In this document: positions 43,210 to 52,265 of the stretch, piece after piece
How positions within the stretch are numbered: the stretch's first letter is position 1
Layout of the letters: each line of letters opens with the position of its first letter
Source of the DNA: a virus
Taxonomy: Duplodnaviria; Heunggongvirae; Uroviricota; Caudoviricetes
Length of the DNA: 64,000 nucleotides
IMG/VR virus record: IMGVR_UViG_2778261352_000001
Coordinates: 1 to 64,000 of that record
Strand: one strand, 5' to 3'
Notes under the pieces: model-generated
The model's database searches: none
What the model was told of the DNA's origin: nothing
What the model saw: only the letters and a program-made list of their open reading frames with translations
Program-made: the position numbers and the translations under genes

Positions 43210-43493
43210 TAACTCCTACATTCAGGGCAAGAGTTCCCTTCCGCAAAATAGGGGAAACTGCTATCAAGCTCATCACACCATCTGCGATGGTCGTAGCACC
43301 AAAACGCCTCCCACGGTGCACGGAAATACTTCATCCACCAGGACACTCGATCAGGTATATCTGCTGGTGGCAGCTCTTCTGGCAATAATTTGCCTGATAA
43401 TTCCCTTTCCGCCCGCGCCAGCATTCCTTTTAGACTCGCATTCTCTTTTTCAAGAATCTCTATGCGCGCCTGTAACTCAGCTTTCGTTGGCAT
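43209..43493 (-). CDS. hypothetical coiled-coil/Cys-motif protein (paralogue B)
   Basis: leucine-zipper-like N-terminus; C-terminal WEAFWCYDHRRWCDELDSSFPYFAEGNSCPECRS. Confidence 0.45.
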   Translation of the reverse strand: MPTKAELQARIEILEKENASLKGMLARAERELSGKLLPEELPPADIPDRVSWWMKYFRAPWEAFWCYDHRRWCDELDSSFPYFAEGNSCPECRS

Positions 43494-44157
43494 GGTCCGC
43501 CTCATGCTTTTCAGCCACCAGCGGCAATAAAGCCCTGGCCATCTTATGAACCAATAGTGCATCAATAATGCCAAGCGTATGCCCCGGCTTAATGTTTAAT
43601 GCCGCCTCAAGGTGACACCTTTCCAAGCCACTTTTCTCGGCTTGTTTATGATGATCTGGCGTAATAACGTCGCCCAAAACTCGGCTAATTCTTTCTCGTA
43701 ATTGCTGGGTGCCAGCACACTTGATCGCTGTATCGTGGAGACGGTTAACCAGTTCGCGATAAACATGCGGCTTAATGCGGATACGTTCACCGGTGACGCC
43801 CTTTCCTGGCGCTGGCACCGAACTATCCGGAATATCCGGATAGTTGCCAGCCTCGTAAGCTACCCGCAGCCAGTGCATGAATGTTTCAGTGGACACACAA
43901 CCACAGTCCACATCGATTTTTCCGCGTTGCTGTTCCAGCCACTGCTCAAAATTCAATCTACACGTATTACTTTCATGTTGCTCTTTTTGTCTCAAGGCCA
44001 GTACCTGTTGGGCCAGTTCCAGAACGATACCGGGTGACGCTAACCTCTCAAATTCCAATAAATAGTTTGTGTCAGGATGACAAGTAGCCTCGCCTGCAAA
44101 AAATACCAATTGCTGTAAGTATGCTGTCGTTAGAGTAGTCATTTCTTTTTGCGCCAT
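43477..44157 (-). CDS. hypothetical protein
   Basis: 226 aa, ATG start. Confidence 0.45.
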   Translation of the reverse strand: MAQKEMTTLTTAYLQQLVFFAGEATCHPDTNYLLEFERLASPGIVLELAQQVLALRQKEQHESNTCRLNFEQWLEQQRGKIDVDCGCVSTETFMHWLRVAYEAGNYPDIPDSSVPAPGKGVTGERIRIKPHVYRELVNRLHDTAIKCAGTQQLRERISRVLGDVITPDHHKQAEKSGLERCHLEAALNIKPGHTLGIIDALLVHKMARALLPLVAEKHEADHANES

Positions 44158-44513
44158 TTCTTTTCACATTCCTTAGTCCATTTTTCAATGTTCATTTTGG
44201 CAATATCAGTCATTCCGTCACCCAAGAAATACTTTTTCCGGTATGTCTTGCACTTAAACCACACTACAACAGCCACCAGCCAGAAAATAAAAGGCCATAC
44301 AGCAATACCAACGACAGCCGCGATAAAGCCCAATATCCATAAATGAAGCTCTCCAACTTCTGTTTCCGGCAATATTCTTAAAGAATTAAACAGCAGGCTG
44401 AACGAATGGTCGTATGCATTGGCAGTATAAGACATGCAATCCATATAATTAAAGTCATAGCCTGCGGCTGCCGCCCATAATGGGCGGTCAAGAAAATGTT
44501 TTAGTGTCATCAT
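44139..44513 (-). CDS. hypothetical membrane protein
   Basis: 124 aa, long hydrophobic stretch LWILGFIAAVVGIAVWPFIFWLVAVVVWF, Lys-rich tail; low GC. Confidence 0.45.
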   Translation of the reverse strand: MMTLKHFLDRPLWAAAAGYDFNYMDCMSYTANAYDHSFSLLFNSLRILPETEVGELHLWILGFIAAVVGIAVWPFIFWLVAVVVWFKCKTYRKKYFLGDGMTDIAKMNIEKWTKECEKKWRKKK

Positions 44514-44519
44514 ATAAAT

Positions 44520-44813
44520 TTAAGGTTCAGACCAGTTATCTTCAATAGCAATGCTTAATCTTTGTAGCCATTCTGCTAATTTCAGCATTGCTTCTCTTTC
44601 GCTTAAACCACGAGGAAAATCATCAAGCGAAATTGTTGGCTTGAAGCCCCCGTAATTATCCATTTCAACAGTCAGATTTTGCTCCAGCACGGTATTCCTT
44701 ACGCGGCTATTGTGCCGAAGCAAATATACTGAACGTGATTTATTGGTTTTATGGTCAAACTGATATTCGGTAAGTATCATCTGGCTTTTGCCATGACTAT
44801 TACCTCTCCACAT
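44520..44813 (-). CDS. hypothetical protein (low-GC module)
   Basis: 97 aa from ATG 44813 with GTGAGG RBS. Confidence 0.4.
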   Translation of the reverse strand: MWRGNSHGKSQMILTEYQFDHKTNKSRSVYLLRHNSRVRNTVLEQNLTVEMDNYGGFKPTISLDDFPRGLSEREAMLKLAEWLQRLSIAIEDNWSEP

Positions 44814-44820
44814 ACTTACC

Positions 44821-44943
44821 TCACTTAATAAAACAACTCCATACGTAGTTGATGATTTTTTCCCACGTAATATAAATCTGCACTCCGGCAGTAAAACCAA
44901 AGCCAACAATTGCTGAAAAAATCAAAACATTTACTTTTGACAT
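44821..44943 (-). CDS. possible 40-aa hydrophobic peptide
   Basis: ATG 44943, MSKVNVLIFSAIVGFGFTAGVQIYITWEKIINYVWSCFIK, stop 7 nt before next ATG; below ORF-track size cutoff. Confidence 0.3.
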   Translation of the reverse strand: MSKVNVLIFSAIVGFGFTAGVQIYITWEKIINYVWSCFIK

Positions 44944-44991
44944 TATAAATTTTCTCTCGGTGTCGTAGGTGATAGCACCATAATTGATAAT

Positions 44992-45225
44992 TTAGTGAGT
45001 TAGCAGCTCCATTTTTTGGATGATTTCCGCATGAGCATCATCGTTATCAACACTTAACTCGTTTAATGCCTCTCGCACCACATCAACTTCTTCTGGTTGG
45101 AAGAAATCATCTCGGTAGTCACCAAATAGAACCGAAACAAGCCTGCCACCAGCAACATCAAGATTGGCGCTAACAGGTGGCTCTTTACCATCCTCAAATT
45201 CGACTACAAAAGTTATTTTTCCCAT
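44992..45225 (-). CDS. hypothetical acidic protein
   Basis: 77 aa from ATG 45225. Confidence 0.4.
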   Translation of the reverse strand: MGKITFVVEFEDGKEPPVSANLDVAGGRLVSVLFGDYRDDFFQPEEVDVVREALNELSVDNDDAHAEIIQKMELLTH

Positions 45226-45307
45226 CGTTACCACCAGCGACAAATTGAATACAAACCCAGTGCTGCCGCCATCACAATTCCTACCGTGGTGAATGCTTCA
45301 GGCCAGC

Positions 45308-46579
45308 TCATTGATTCACCTCCTGCGGCGGTTCTGGTAGCGGCATCCAGTGTGACGGTTTCCACGACGCACCAGGAATTATCCACCCATCATTAGCGTC
45401 AGGATGCCCCGGGATGTAAGTAGCCCATTTCATTCGCCAGTCACCTTTCCTGTCAAACTCCACGGCAACAAGAACGGCTGTTTTGGTATTCGGCATTCGC
45501 TCACTACAGCTTATCCAACCATCCGGAGTTACCGGAGAGTTGCCAGCTAGTCTACGCAAAACAGCCTTAACAGCCTCAATACGGTCATCATCGCAACTTT
45601 CCAGCGTATCTATGCGATCGAGCATGATGATGGCGTTATCAATATCAGGATTGCCGGTCCACTCATTACCGCGATTGGATTCGGCAGCCTGGTTGCCAGA
45701 TGCTGGTTGATTGTCGGCATGGCTATAGCTAACAGCACGGCAGGCATCCTCAACGCCTTTAACTGCATCTGCGCAGTAGTTATAGCGATTGCATTCCACT
45801 AATTTCCGTTTGAGTTTTTCAATTGCCTGCGCGACATCAGCCTGTATTACCGGAACTGGCGGAACGGCTGTTTGCTCTCGAACGTCATTAGTCGCTATCG
45901 GTTCTGCTGCCAACTGACTGGCATATTTGTTAATGGTAACGATAAGCTCTTGCTCAGCCTCATCCAGACAATCATCGATACCTCGCCTGTCACCGTCAAA
46001 ATCATCGAAATCGGCACGAATCTTGGCAACCTTCAGGATTGCGGACAACACCTCACTAGGAATTACCGGATAGTTGGTTGACGTTTCCGCGATTTCCCGA
46101 AAATTATTGGTTGACGAATTCTTGTTTTCCCGAAAGTTTCCGGACTGAAGCATGGCGTCGCTCCGCTCTATACCATCCAGCGCGATTCGCAGTGCCTGAA
46201 TTGTGGTAGAGCTATCGTTTGGGGCTATTCCATATCGCTCGAATACAGCTAAATGGTTGCGCATAATCTCAGGCGTAAGCTCTTTGTAAGCATAAGCAAG
46301 AGGCTCTGATGCATTATCCGGCACAACCGACGCAGGCGCGGCAGCATAAACAGGAATAACGTCCGCTTGCTCTTTATTGCTTTCATCCGTTAAAGCCCAG
46401 AATAATTTCCCGGCCGGATGTTTGAAAATATAAGCAACTGGTTCTGCTTCCAGTGATGCCAGCGCAATTTTGTATACTTCCAGATCCATTTGTGCAGTTA
46501 CTAAATCAGGATAACGATCCATAACCGTTATATTGCGCTTAATCATCTCTATTAATTGTTCTTTAGTAAAAGTGGTCAT
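45308..46579 (-). CDS. hypothetical protein with DUF551-like C-terminus
   Basis: 423 aa; C-terminal DGWISCSERMPN...SHWMPLPEPP; N-terminus shared with 47012-47398. Confidence 0.5.
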   Translation of the reverse strand: MTTFTKEQLIEMIKRNITVMDRYPDLVTAQMDLEVYKIALASLEAEPVAYIFKHPAGKLFWALTDESNKEQADVIPVYAAAPASVVPDNASEPLAYAYKELTPEIMRNHLAVFERYGIAPNDSSTTIQALRIALDGIERSDAMLQSGNFRENKNSSTNNFREIAETSTNYPVIPSEVLSAILKVAKIRADFDDFDGDRRGIDDCLDEAEQELIVTINKYASQLAAEPIATNDVREQTAVPPVPVIQADVAQAIEKLKRKLVECNRYNYCADAVKGVEDACRAVSYSHADNQPASGNQAAESNRGNEWTGNPDIDNAIIMLDRIDTLESCDDDRIEAVKAVLRRLAGNSPVTPDGWISCSERMPNTKTAVLVAVEFDRKGDWRMKWATYIPGHPDANDGWIIPGASWKPSHWMPLPEPPQEVNQ

Positions 46580-46589
46580 TCGTTATGCC

Positions 46590-46787
46590 TCAATACACAA
46601 AATCTGTTTTAAATTCATGGTTACATTCTGGACAGCATGTTTCGTAACCTTTTATTTCTTCACATGCCTGTTTTGCTCCAGAAAATTCCCAGAAATCTGG
46701 ATCACAAAGCAGATCGAAATTGTGACCGCATTTTGGACATTCGGTATCAAGTGACAGATTCCAGTAAGCAGTGGTGTTTTTATCCAT
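46590..46787 (-). CDS. small zinc-ribbon protein
   Basis: 65 aa, CPKC...CCPEC; ATG with AAGGAG RBS. Confidence 0.45.
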   Translation of the reverse strand: MDKNTTAYWNLSLDTECPKCGHNFDLLCDPDFWEFSGAKQACEEIKGYETCCPECNHEFKTDFVY

Positions 46788-46788
46788 A

Positions 46789-47052
46789 TCAGTCTCCTTT
46801 ACCCGCTGCTTTCTCCTGCTCTTTAGCAAGCCGCTCCGCTTCTCTGAAATCCCAATCCACTCGATGTGCTATATCAATTGCAGAACGCACGGTCCGTTCA
46901 ATTAGCGTGTCCAGATTATCAATTGTCATTGCCATATCTGGATTGCGAGATAAAATCTCCGCCCTCTGAATCTGCCAGTTGTTGCAGGTTTCAAGTAATG
47001 AGTTAGCCATATCACTTTCCTTTCCCATGAAGCATAGCCGCGCGGCAGGCAT
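46789..47052 (-). CDS. hypothetical protein
   Basis: 87 aa, ATG start. Confidence 0.4.
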   Translation of the reverse strand: MPAARLCFMGKESDMANSLLETCNNWQIQRAEILSRNPDMAMTIDNLDTLIERTVRSAIDIAHRVDWDFREAERLAKEQEKAAGKGD

Positions 47053-47398
47053 TCCAGCCTCTTACCTCTGCAATAGCGGCAACAGCATCAACCGCGTACA
47101 TGCTAAGAGGATTAGGCATTGGTTTTTCTTCCGGTACTACTGGAACGGGGGGAGCGGCGTAGACCTCAATAATTCCATTATCAATAGGCCACTCCCCATC
47201 CTTGATGTAGTCACTTGTGCCGTCAACTTGCTGTTCTGCAATGTGGAATGCACCTATTGGTTTTGCTTCCAGCGATGCCAGAGCAATTCGTGCCAGTTCT
47301 TCCGCTTCTTCTGCTGGCAGTACAACGTTGCTACCAGGTCCGTATGTTTCGCGCCACTGCTGGATTGTCAGCAGGCGTTCTTTGGTAATAGTGATCAT
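47012..47398 (-). CDS. hypothetical protein (shares N-terminal module with 45308-46579)
   Basis: 128 aa; IALASLEAKP motif. Confidence 0.45.
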   Translation of the reverse strand: MITITKERLLTIQQWRETYGPGSNVVLPAEEAEELARIALASLEAKPIGAFHIAEQQVDGTSDYIKDGEWPIDNGIIEVYAAPPVPVVPEEKPMPNPLSMYAVDAVAAIAEVRGWNACRAAMLHGKGK

Positions 47399-47533
47399 GC
47401 TGCGTTTCCTTCTTTCTTATTAACAATTACACCGTCATATATTTCATTAAGGTGCCCTCTCAACTCCATGCGCCTTAATGCAGATAACATGTAATCGCAT
47501 TCAACCTGCTTATTTCCAGTAAATGGCTTATCG

Positions 47534-47606
47534 TCAGGATTAACGGACTCGAACCGCTGACATCCTGCTTACAAGGCAGGCGCTCTACCAACTGAGCTAA
47601 ACCGGC
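47534..47606 (-). tRNA. tRNA-Thr-like (anticodon UGU)
   Basis: canonical D-arm, anticodon stem-loop CCUGC-CUUGUAA-GCAGG and T-arm GGTTCGAGTCC; acceptor stem pairs only 4 of 7 in manual fold. Confidence 0.5.
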
Positions 47607-47608
47607 AT

Positions 47609-47684
47609 TGGCGATGGTGGATGGATTTGAACCATCGACCCGTTGATTAACAGTCAACCGCTCTAACCACTGAGCTACACCATC
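47609..47684 (-). tRNA. tRNA-Asn (anticodon GUU)
   Basis: perfect cloverleaf by hand: acceptor GATGGTG/CACCATC, anticodon loop CUGUUAA, T-arm GATGG-TTCAAAT-CCATC, encoded CCA. Confidence 0.8.
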
Positions 47685-48149
47685 ACTTGCCGGGTACGTC
47701 TCCGGCGAGGGCTTCCACCTCCGTATGCTTTTCGGCGCACCGCGCCCTGACTGCAATTCGGTAACAGGGGATGCATAACCCTGGCTTCCAGCGTGATTAG
47801 CGCCTTCAGCATGACGGGATATACCCGTAAATTCGTGGAACTGTACCCAAAGTGCTGTTAAGCACCGCTGTTACGCTGAAAAGAAGACGCAACAGGAAAG
47901 GACGCTGACCAACAGATGGCCCCTTCTCGTTCATCTGGTTAATCACACCAGCGCCCTTACCTGTTGTGCCTCCCCGTTCCCTAATACACAGACGGGGACA
48001 CTCTGTGGTCGATTTTTTGACGGGGGACGACTCATACCCCGTGGCGTCTGGCTTCTTAGGCCGCTACCATCATCAGATCATCGTTTGCATTTACTTTAAT
48101 GGTCAGTTTCTAAACCGCCGCAAAGTCGCTAACCATGACGAAAACCCTG

Positions 48150-48176
48150 AAAAAAACGCCCACCCGAAGATGGGCA
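48150..48176 (-). terminator. rho-independent terminator
   Basis: minus-strand GCCCATC-TTCG-GGTGGGC followed by seven U. Confidence 0.55.
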
Positions 48177-48340
48177 AACTGGAAGCTCGTAACGCACTTC
48201 GGTGTTGCCACTTAGGCGCATGGTCAACCTGGCAACTCGGCGTCATGAGGGGGAAGGAGTCACTACCCCGCCATACTTGCCGCCGCGCCTGTCGCGGCTA
48301 ACAGCTAAATCGCTCTATAAATCACGATTCATTGAGGCGA
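48177..48340 (-). ncRNA. predicted C1-controlled small RNA (about 190 nt)
   Basis: ORF-free; promoter-like TTGCTC-N17-TAATAT overlapping C1 operator at 48353-48369; ends at terminator 48150-48176. Confidence 0.3.
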
Positions 48341-48352
48341 TATTACACTAAT

Positions 48353-48369
48353 AAATTTATTAGAGCAAT
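48353..48369 (-). promoter_or_regulatory. C1 repressor operator (perfect consensus)
   Basis: reverse complement ATTGCTCTAATAAATTT. Confidence 0.65.
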
Positions 48370-50624
48370 ATCGCCATAACGTCATGAGCAACACCACGAG
48401 TGTCTCCCTTACAAGACACAGAACGTCTGGCAAAGAGAGGTTCCACTCTGAAGCCTCTGTCCTGATAAAGTTCTCTGATGTTTGGCGCGCCACTGTTAGT
48501 AATGAGTACCTTTGCACCTCGGCGATGAGCATCCGTCAACAGAGACACCAGGCGTTTTTGCTCTTCAAACTTAAAGTCATGACCGGAATAGTTCGTGAAT
48601 CCCTCTGTATTTGGAAGCGGTTCATACGGCGGATCACAGAAGATGACATCTCCTTCTCCGGCAGCTTCAATCACCGCAGCAAAATCACCACATACAAACT
48701 CAGAACGCCCTTCCGCACCGAGGAAGGCTTCCATCTCCTGTAATGGGAAATACGGAGTTTTATACTTCCCATAACCGACATTGAACTCACCGGCCTGGTT
48801 GTAACGCGTCAATCCGTTAAAACAATGTCGGTTCAGGAACAAAAACGCCGCTGCGCGATGTAAATCATCATAGACTTGTTTGTTAAACGCATTCCGTACT
48901 GCCAGGTATCCTTCCTGTGTGTTGTAGTCCTGGAAAAACCGATGCGCCAGTGTGATAAGTGAATGCGCCTCGCGTTGCAGAGTCTTGTAAAAGTTAATCA
49001 GGTCAGCATTCACATCATTTAGCAGATTTTCCTGGTATCCGGCATTCGTGAAGACAGCTCCGCCACCGACAAAAGGTTCGATCAGGCGCTTCCCTTCTGG
49101 CAAATAGCGAAAGATTTGTTCCAGAACACCAAATTTTCCACCAGCCCATTTGAATATGGACCGTTCGAATTCTGCCGCTGGTTTAACTTTTCGCTCTTTT
49201 GTTTCACTTCCTTCTTTCTGCCGACATACGGCCTTAGTAATTCGATCGCCAATCCAGCGCATTACTGGTATTGCCATACTATTGCCGATCGCTTTGTAAC
49301 GCGGTCCGTCAGCTGCAAGCATCGCGGCCTCTTCTTCGCTTAAATCTGGATAGTGATTGTGCAGATATGCCAGTTCATCTGAATTAACTTTTTTACGCTT
49401 TTCCGTAGGGATCAACGTATGCCCATCAGGAAAACCTTGAAGTCTCTCACATTCGACAGGGGTAAGACGGCGGACAGCTACTTCTTCGTTTCTTACTTCA
49501 TAGCAAACAGCAGTTGGATTTTGAGCCATTAGAGATGGTGAAGTATTCTTAGTTGCTGCATGTTGTGTACCACTCATACGCTCAGGAAAAGCCAATGTAA
49601 CAAGATGCTCATGGCTTTCTTGCTCACGCGCCCGCAATGTACCATGCCCTTCTGACCAAAAACCTGCTCCAGTGCTGCTAAAAACGGCAAGGTCAGTGGC
49701 ATCTTTAAAGTCTCTTGCCTTTACTGTCGATGCGGTTTCATCGTCAATATATTCCCCAAATGCCGCCATCCTGAAACCGTTTACGGCTTTCGTCGATTTC
49801 ATATCGGGGGACATGCCAGCGTGTAGGCATGGATTTAGGCTTTCGCCACTGATTGCAGCGCCATTTGCAGTAATGGCGGAAGCGATTTCCTTCTTTTTTC
49901 GGCTCGGCGCAATATTCCGGCGCACGCCTTCGAACTCAAAAAGTACCGTTGCGGGATCGAGGTCTGTTCGAGCACTTGCGACAACAAACACGCGTCGGCG
50001 TCGTTGTGCCACTCCGAAGTATTGGGCATCAAGGATTCTCCAGGCCACCTTTCGCTGCGGTCCATAAATACAACCACACTGCGGCCACTTTGGAGCATGG
50101 CAACCGGTTTTGACATCCCACCGCCAGAACGTGTTACTTTTTCGTGATTCAGGTCGATCACCAGGTTCGAATGGCGCATCTTCTCCAGCCAATCCGGCAA
50201 GGAAACATCCGAACGCGTTGTCTGCTGATGACAGGACTCCTGGGACATTTTCCCAGACGATAACTGTCGGTTTGAGGAAGGACTCAGACCGTTTGTCGTC
50301 AATTGCATTTGCAAGCTCCACATACTTCAAAGTTAGCGCGCCGCGTTCATCATCAAGCCCACCACGTAAGCCCGCGATACTGAATGCCTGACAAGGCGTA
50401 CCCCCGACGAGCACATCAGGGGCTTCAATTTCTCCGGCCTGGACTTTTTGGGCGAGTTTTGTCATGTCGCCAAGGTTCGCGACATGGGGCCAGCGGTGCG
50501 CAAGAACGGCAGATGGAAAAGACTCGATTTCAGCAAACCACGCCGGACGCATACCCAACGGTTCCCAGGCAATACTCGCGGCTTCAATTCCACTGCAAAC
50601 AGATCCATAGCACAGCTCTTTCAC
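48360..50624 (-). CDS. dmt: Dmt bifunctional DNA methyltransferase (C5-cytosine + Dam-like N6-adenine)
   Basis: 754 aa; N-terminal PCQ motif ([12 protein letters not shown]), C-terminal WAGGK and DPPY (FCDPPYEPL). Confidence 0.85.
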   Translation of the reverse strand: MKELCYGSVCSGIEAASIAWEPLGMRPAWFAEIESFPSAVLAHRWPHVANLGDMTKLAQKVQAGEIEAPDVLVGGTPCQAFSIAGLRGGLDDERGALTLKYVELANAIDDKRSESFLKPTVIVWENVPGVLSSADNAFGCFLAGLAGEDAPFEPGDRPESRKSNTFWRWDVKTGCHAPKWPQCGCIYGPQRKVAWRILDAQYFGVAQRRRRVFVVASARTDLDPATVLFEFEGVRRNIAPSRKKKEIASAITANGAAISGESLNPCLHAGMSPDMKSTKAVNGFRMAAFGEYIDDETASTVKARDFKDATDLAVFSSTGAGFWSEGHGTLRAREQESHEHLVTLAFPERMSGTQHAATKNTSPSLMAQNPTAVCYEVRNEEVAVRRLTPVECERLQGFPDGHTLIPTEKRKKVNSDELAYLHNHYPDLSEEEAAMLAADGPRYKAIGNSMAIPVMRWIGDRITKAVCRQKEGSETKERKVKPAAEFERSIFKWAGGKFGVLEQIFRYLPEGKRLIEPFVGGGAVFTNAGYQENLLNDVNADLINFYKTLQREAHSLITLAHRFFQDYNTQEGYLAVRNAFNKQVYDDLHRAAAFLFLNRHCFNGLTRYNQAGEFNVGYGKYKTPYFPLQEMEAFLGAEGRSEFVCGDFAAVIEAAGEGDVIFCDPPYEPLPNTEGFTNYSGHDFKFEEQKRLVSLLTDAHRRGAKVLITNSGAPNIRELYQDRGFRVEPLFARRSVSCKGDTRGVAHDVMAILL

Positions 50625-51526
50625 TGCTTAGCCTCTCCACCAAGGGCATTTACCAGAGCATCAACCAGGCACGAAATTTCACTGGTCAACAGGAAGAAAT
50701 CTGCGTCCAGTCGCTGCGCAACATCTTCACTATCAATATCAGAGTTCTGCTCAAGCAATTCATCCGCAAATTTGACGCTGGTAAGGCTGAAGTTATGGTC
50801 CAGTGTAAATTTAATGCGGTTCTGCCAGTCGAGTGCCAACTTAGTGACGAGCTTGCCAGCTTCCAGGTGTGTGGAAATTTCATCGCTTCCCAAATCCTGC
50901 TTTTTCACTCGGGCAATACCGCCATCCTCAAGCACTGCCTTAAGTTCTGCCGCATCCCCCATTTGAAATCCCTGTGGAGCACTACCATCACGTACCCAGT
51001 CGGTCAGCGTTAATTCAATGGGATTTTCAACACTCAGGGGAACAACAGGAAGAGAACCCAGAGACTTACGCATAAGCGCGAGCATATCCTCAGCCTGCCG
51101 CGCGCTGGCATTGATATAGATACGTTTAGTTGAACCGTCGTAGATCGCCTGGATAACAGAAAACTTTGAAAAAGCCCGTGGCAGAAGAGAATGCAGAACT
51201 TCGTCTTTCAGGGAGTCCTTCTCTGTTTTCTTCAGTTTACGCGCTTGTTCTTGCTCAAGTTTTTCAATTTTTTCTTGAATAGCTCGCTGGATAACCGGCG
51301 GGGGAAGAATTTTTGTTTCGCGCTTTGCTTCAACAAGGATAAAACCATTTCCATGCATAGCGATAACTTCGGAATTATCACCAAATGGCGATACAAAACC
51401 GAACTTGGCCATATCCTGACTACCGCATGGCGTGAAAAGGATCATTTTCTTTTTATCTTCTAAGTCGGTCAGATCCGCCTCACGAGAAAGTTTATAAATA
51501 GTAATGTTTTTCCAGTGCTTAAACAT
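50621..51526 (-). CDS. hrdC: HrdC, RdgC-like recombination-associated protein
   Basis: [15 protein letters not shown]...[48 protein letters not shown]... closely resembles E. coli RdgC; ATG 51526. Confidence 0.85.
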   Translation of the reverse strand: MFKHWKNITIYKLSREADLTDLEDKKKMILFTPCGSQDMAKFGFVSPFGDNSEVIAMHGNGFILVEAKRETKILPPPVIQRAIQEKIEKLEQEQARKLKKTEKDSLKDEVLHSLLPRAFSKFSVIQAIYDGSTKRIYINASARQAEDMLALMRKSLGSLPVVPLSVENPIELTLTDWVRDGSAPQGFQMGDAAELKAVLEDGGIARVKKQDLGSDEISTHLEAGKLVTKLALDWQNRIKFTLDHNFSLTSVKFADELLEQNSDIDSEDVAQRLDADFFLLTSEISCLVDALVNALGGEAKQ

Positions 51527-51866
51527 GTTGTAACCCTTGAATATCAACCACAGAAAGCTCGTCTTTGTAGAAAAAGGCCAGGTTGTGGCACCCCCTCGTT
51601 TGAGCGTATGAGCTGGGACCAATTTCGTTCTTCCAGACAAATGGCTTCAAATCCGTACGGCGAAGCATAAAAACGCGATTTGTTCCGCTCTGATTCCCAA
51701 TGAGGCAAAAGCCTTCTTTCACCTTGATAGCCTGCAAGTTGTCGAGTTCACCGCTGGTTACACGGCTATCGAACTCCTTGCGGCTTATTAGCTCCATCTG
51801 CATCTGACGACTCCAAACAAATGCCCATTGAAGGGCGATGGCTGAATGGTACCGAAAACACGACAT
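51519..51866 (-). CDS. hypothetical protein upstream of hrdC (Uhr-like)
   Basis: ORF overlapping hrdC start by 8 nt; ATG 51866. Confidence 0.35.
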   Translation of the reverse strand: MSCFRYHSAIALQWAFVWSRQMQMELISRKEFDSRVTSGELDNLQAIKVKEGFCLIGNQSGTNRVFMLRRTDLKPFVWKNEIGPSSYAQTRGCHNLAFFYKDELSVVDIQGLQHV

Positions 51867-51874
51867 AAAAAACA

Positions 51875-51891
51875 ATATTTATTAGAGCAAT
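51875..51891 (-). promoter_or_regulatory. C1 repressor operator (uhr-hrdC-dmt operon)
   Basis: reverse complement ATTGCTCTAATAAATAT. Confidence 0.6.
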
Positions 51892-51972
51892 TTTATAATA
51901 AGTAAACGCCATGTAGACCACAAACAACCTAAGTTAAAATAACGAAAATCAGAGCAAATCATTGGTGATAAC

Positions 51973-52257
51973 GTGGCAAGTATTGCAACAAAAGACAGCA
52001 TTTGTTCGGGGCACGGAGGATTCCCATCCAGGCCTCCTGTAGAGAGTGAACCACTACTTAAAGTCAACGGAGTAGAAGTGTTAGTTGATGGTAAGCAATA
52101 TGCACAGCATACCGATGGAAACAGTACGCACGGTGGGCAAGCTATATCAACCAGGGCATGGTTTACCGTCAATGGTAAAGGGGTCGTATGCGTTGGTGAC
52201 CCTGTTTCATGCGGCTCTACCGTAGCATCAGGAGACGGCCTAGTTCAGGTAAGTTAG
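51973..52257 (+). CDS. PAAR-like spike-tip protein
   Basis: 94 aa; Gly/His/Cys pattern CSGHGG...VCVGDPVSCGSTVASG reminiscent of PAAR domain. Confidence 0.4.
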   Translation: MASIATKDSICSGHGGFPSRPPVESEPLLKVNGVEVLVDGKQYAQHTDGNSTHGGQAISTRAWFTVNGKGVVCVGDPVSCGSTVASGDGLVQVS

Positions 52258-52265
52258 GAGATATC

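Noticed and set aside
47534-47684. tRNA genes as an integration (att) site for a mobile element
   Set aside because: No integrase nearby and no direct repeat of the tRNA 3' end found by eye; element carries plasmid replication and partition functions instead
47475-47756. 93-aa minus-strand ORF spanning the tRNA genes
   Set aside because: Sequence is accounted for by two tRNA genes; translation is an artefact of the structured RNA region
47966-48301. 111-aa plus-strand ORF in the tRNA-dmt intergenic region
   Set aside because: Arg/His/Cys-rich junk-like composition, no RBS, overlaps a predicted minus-strand terminator and promoter; more likely non-coding
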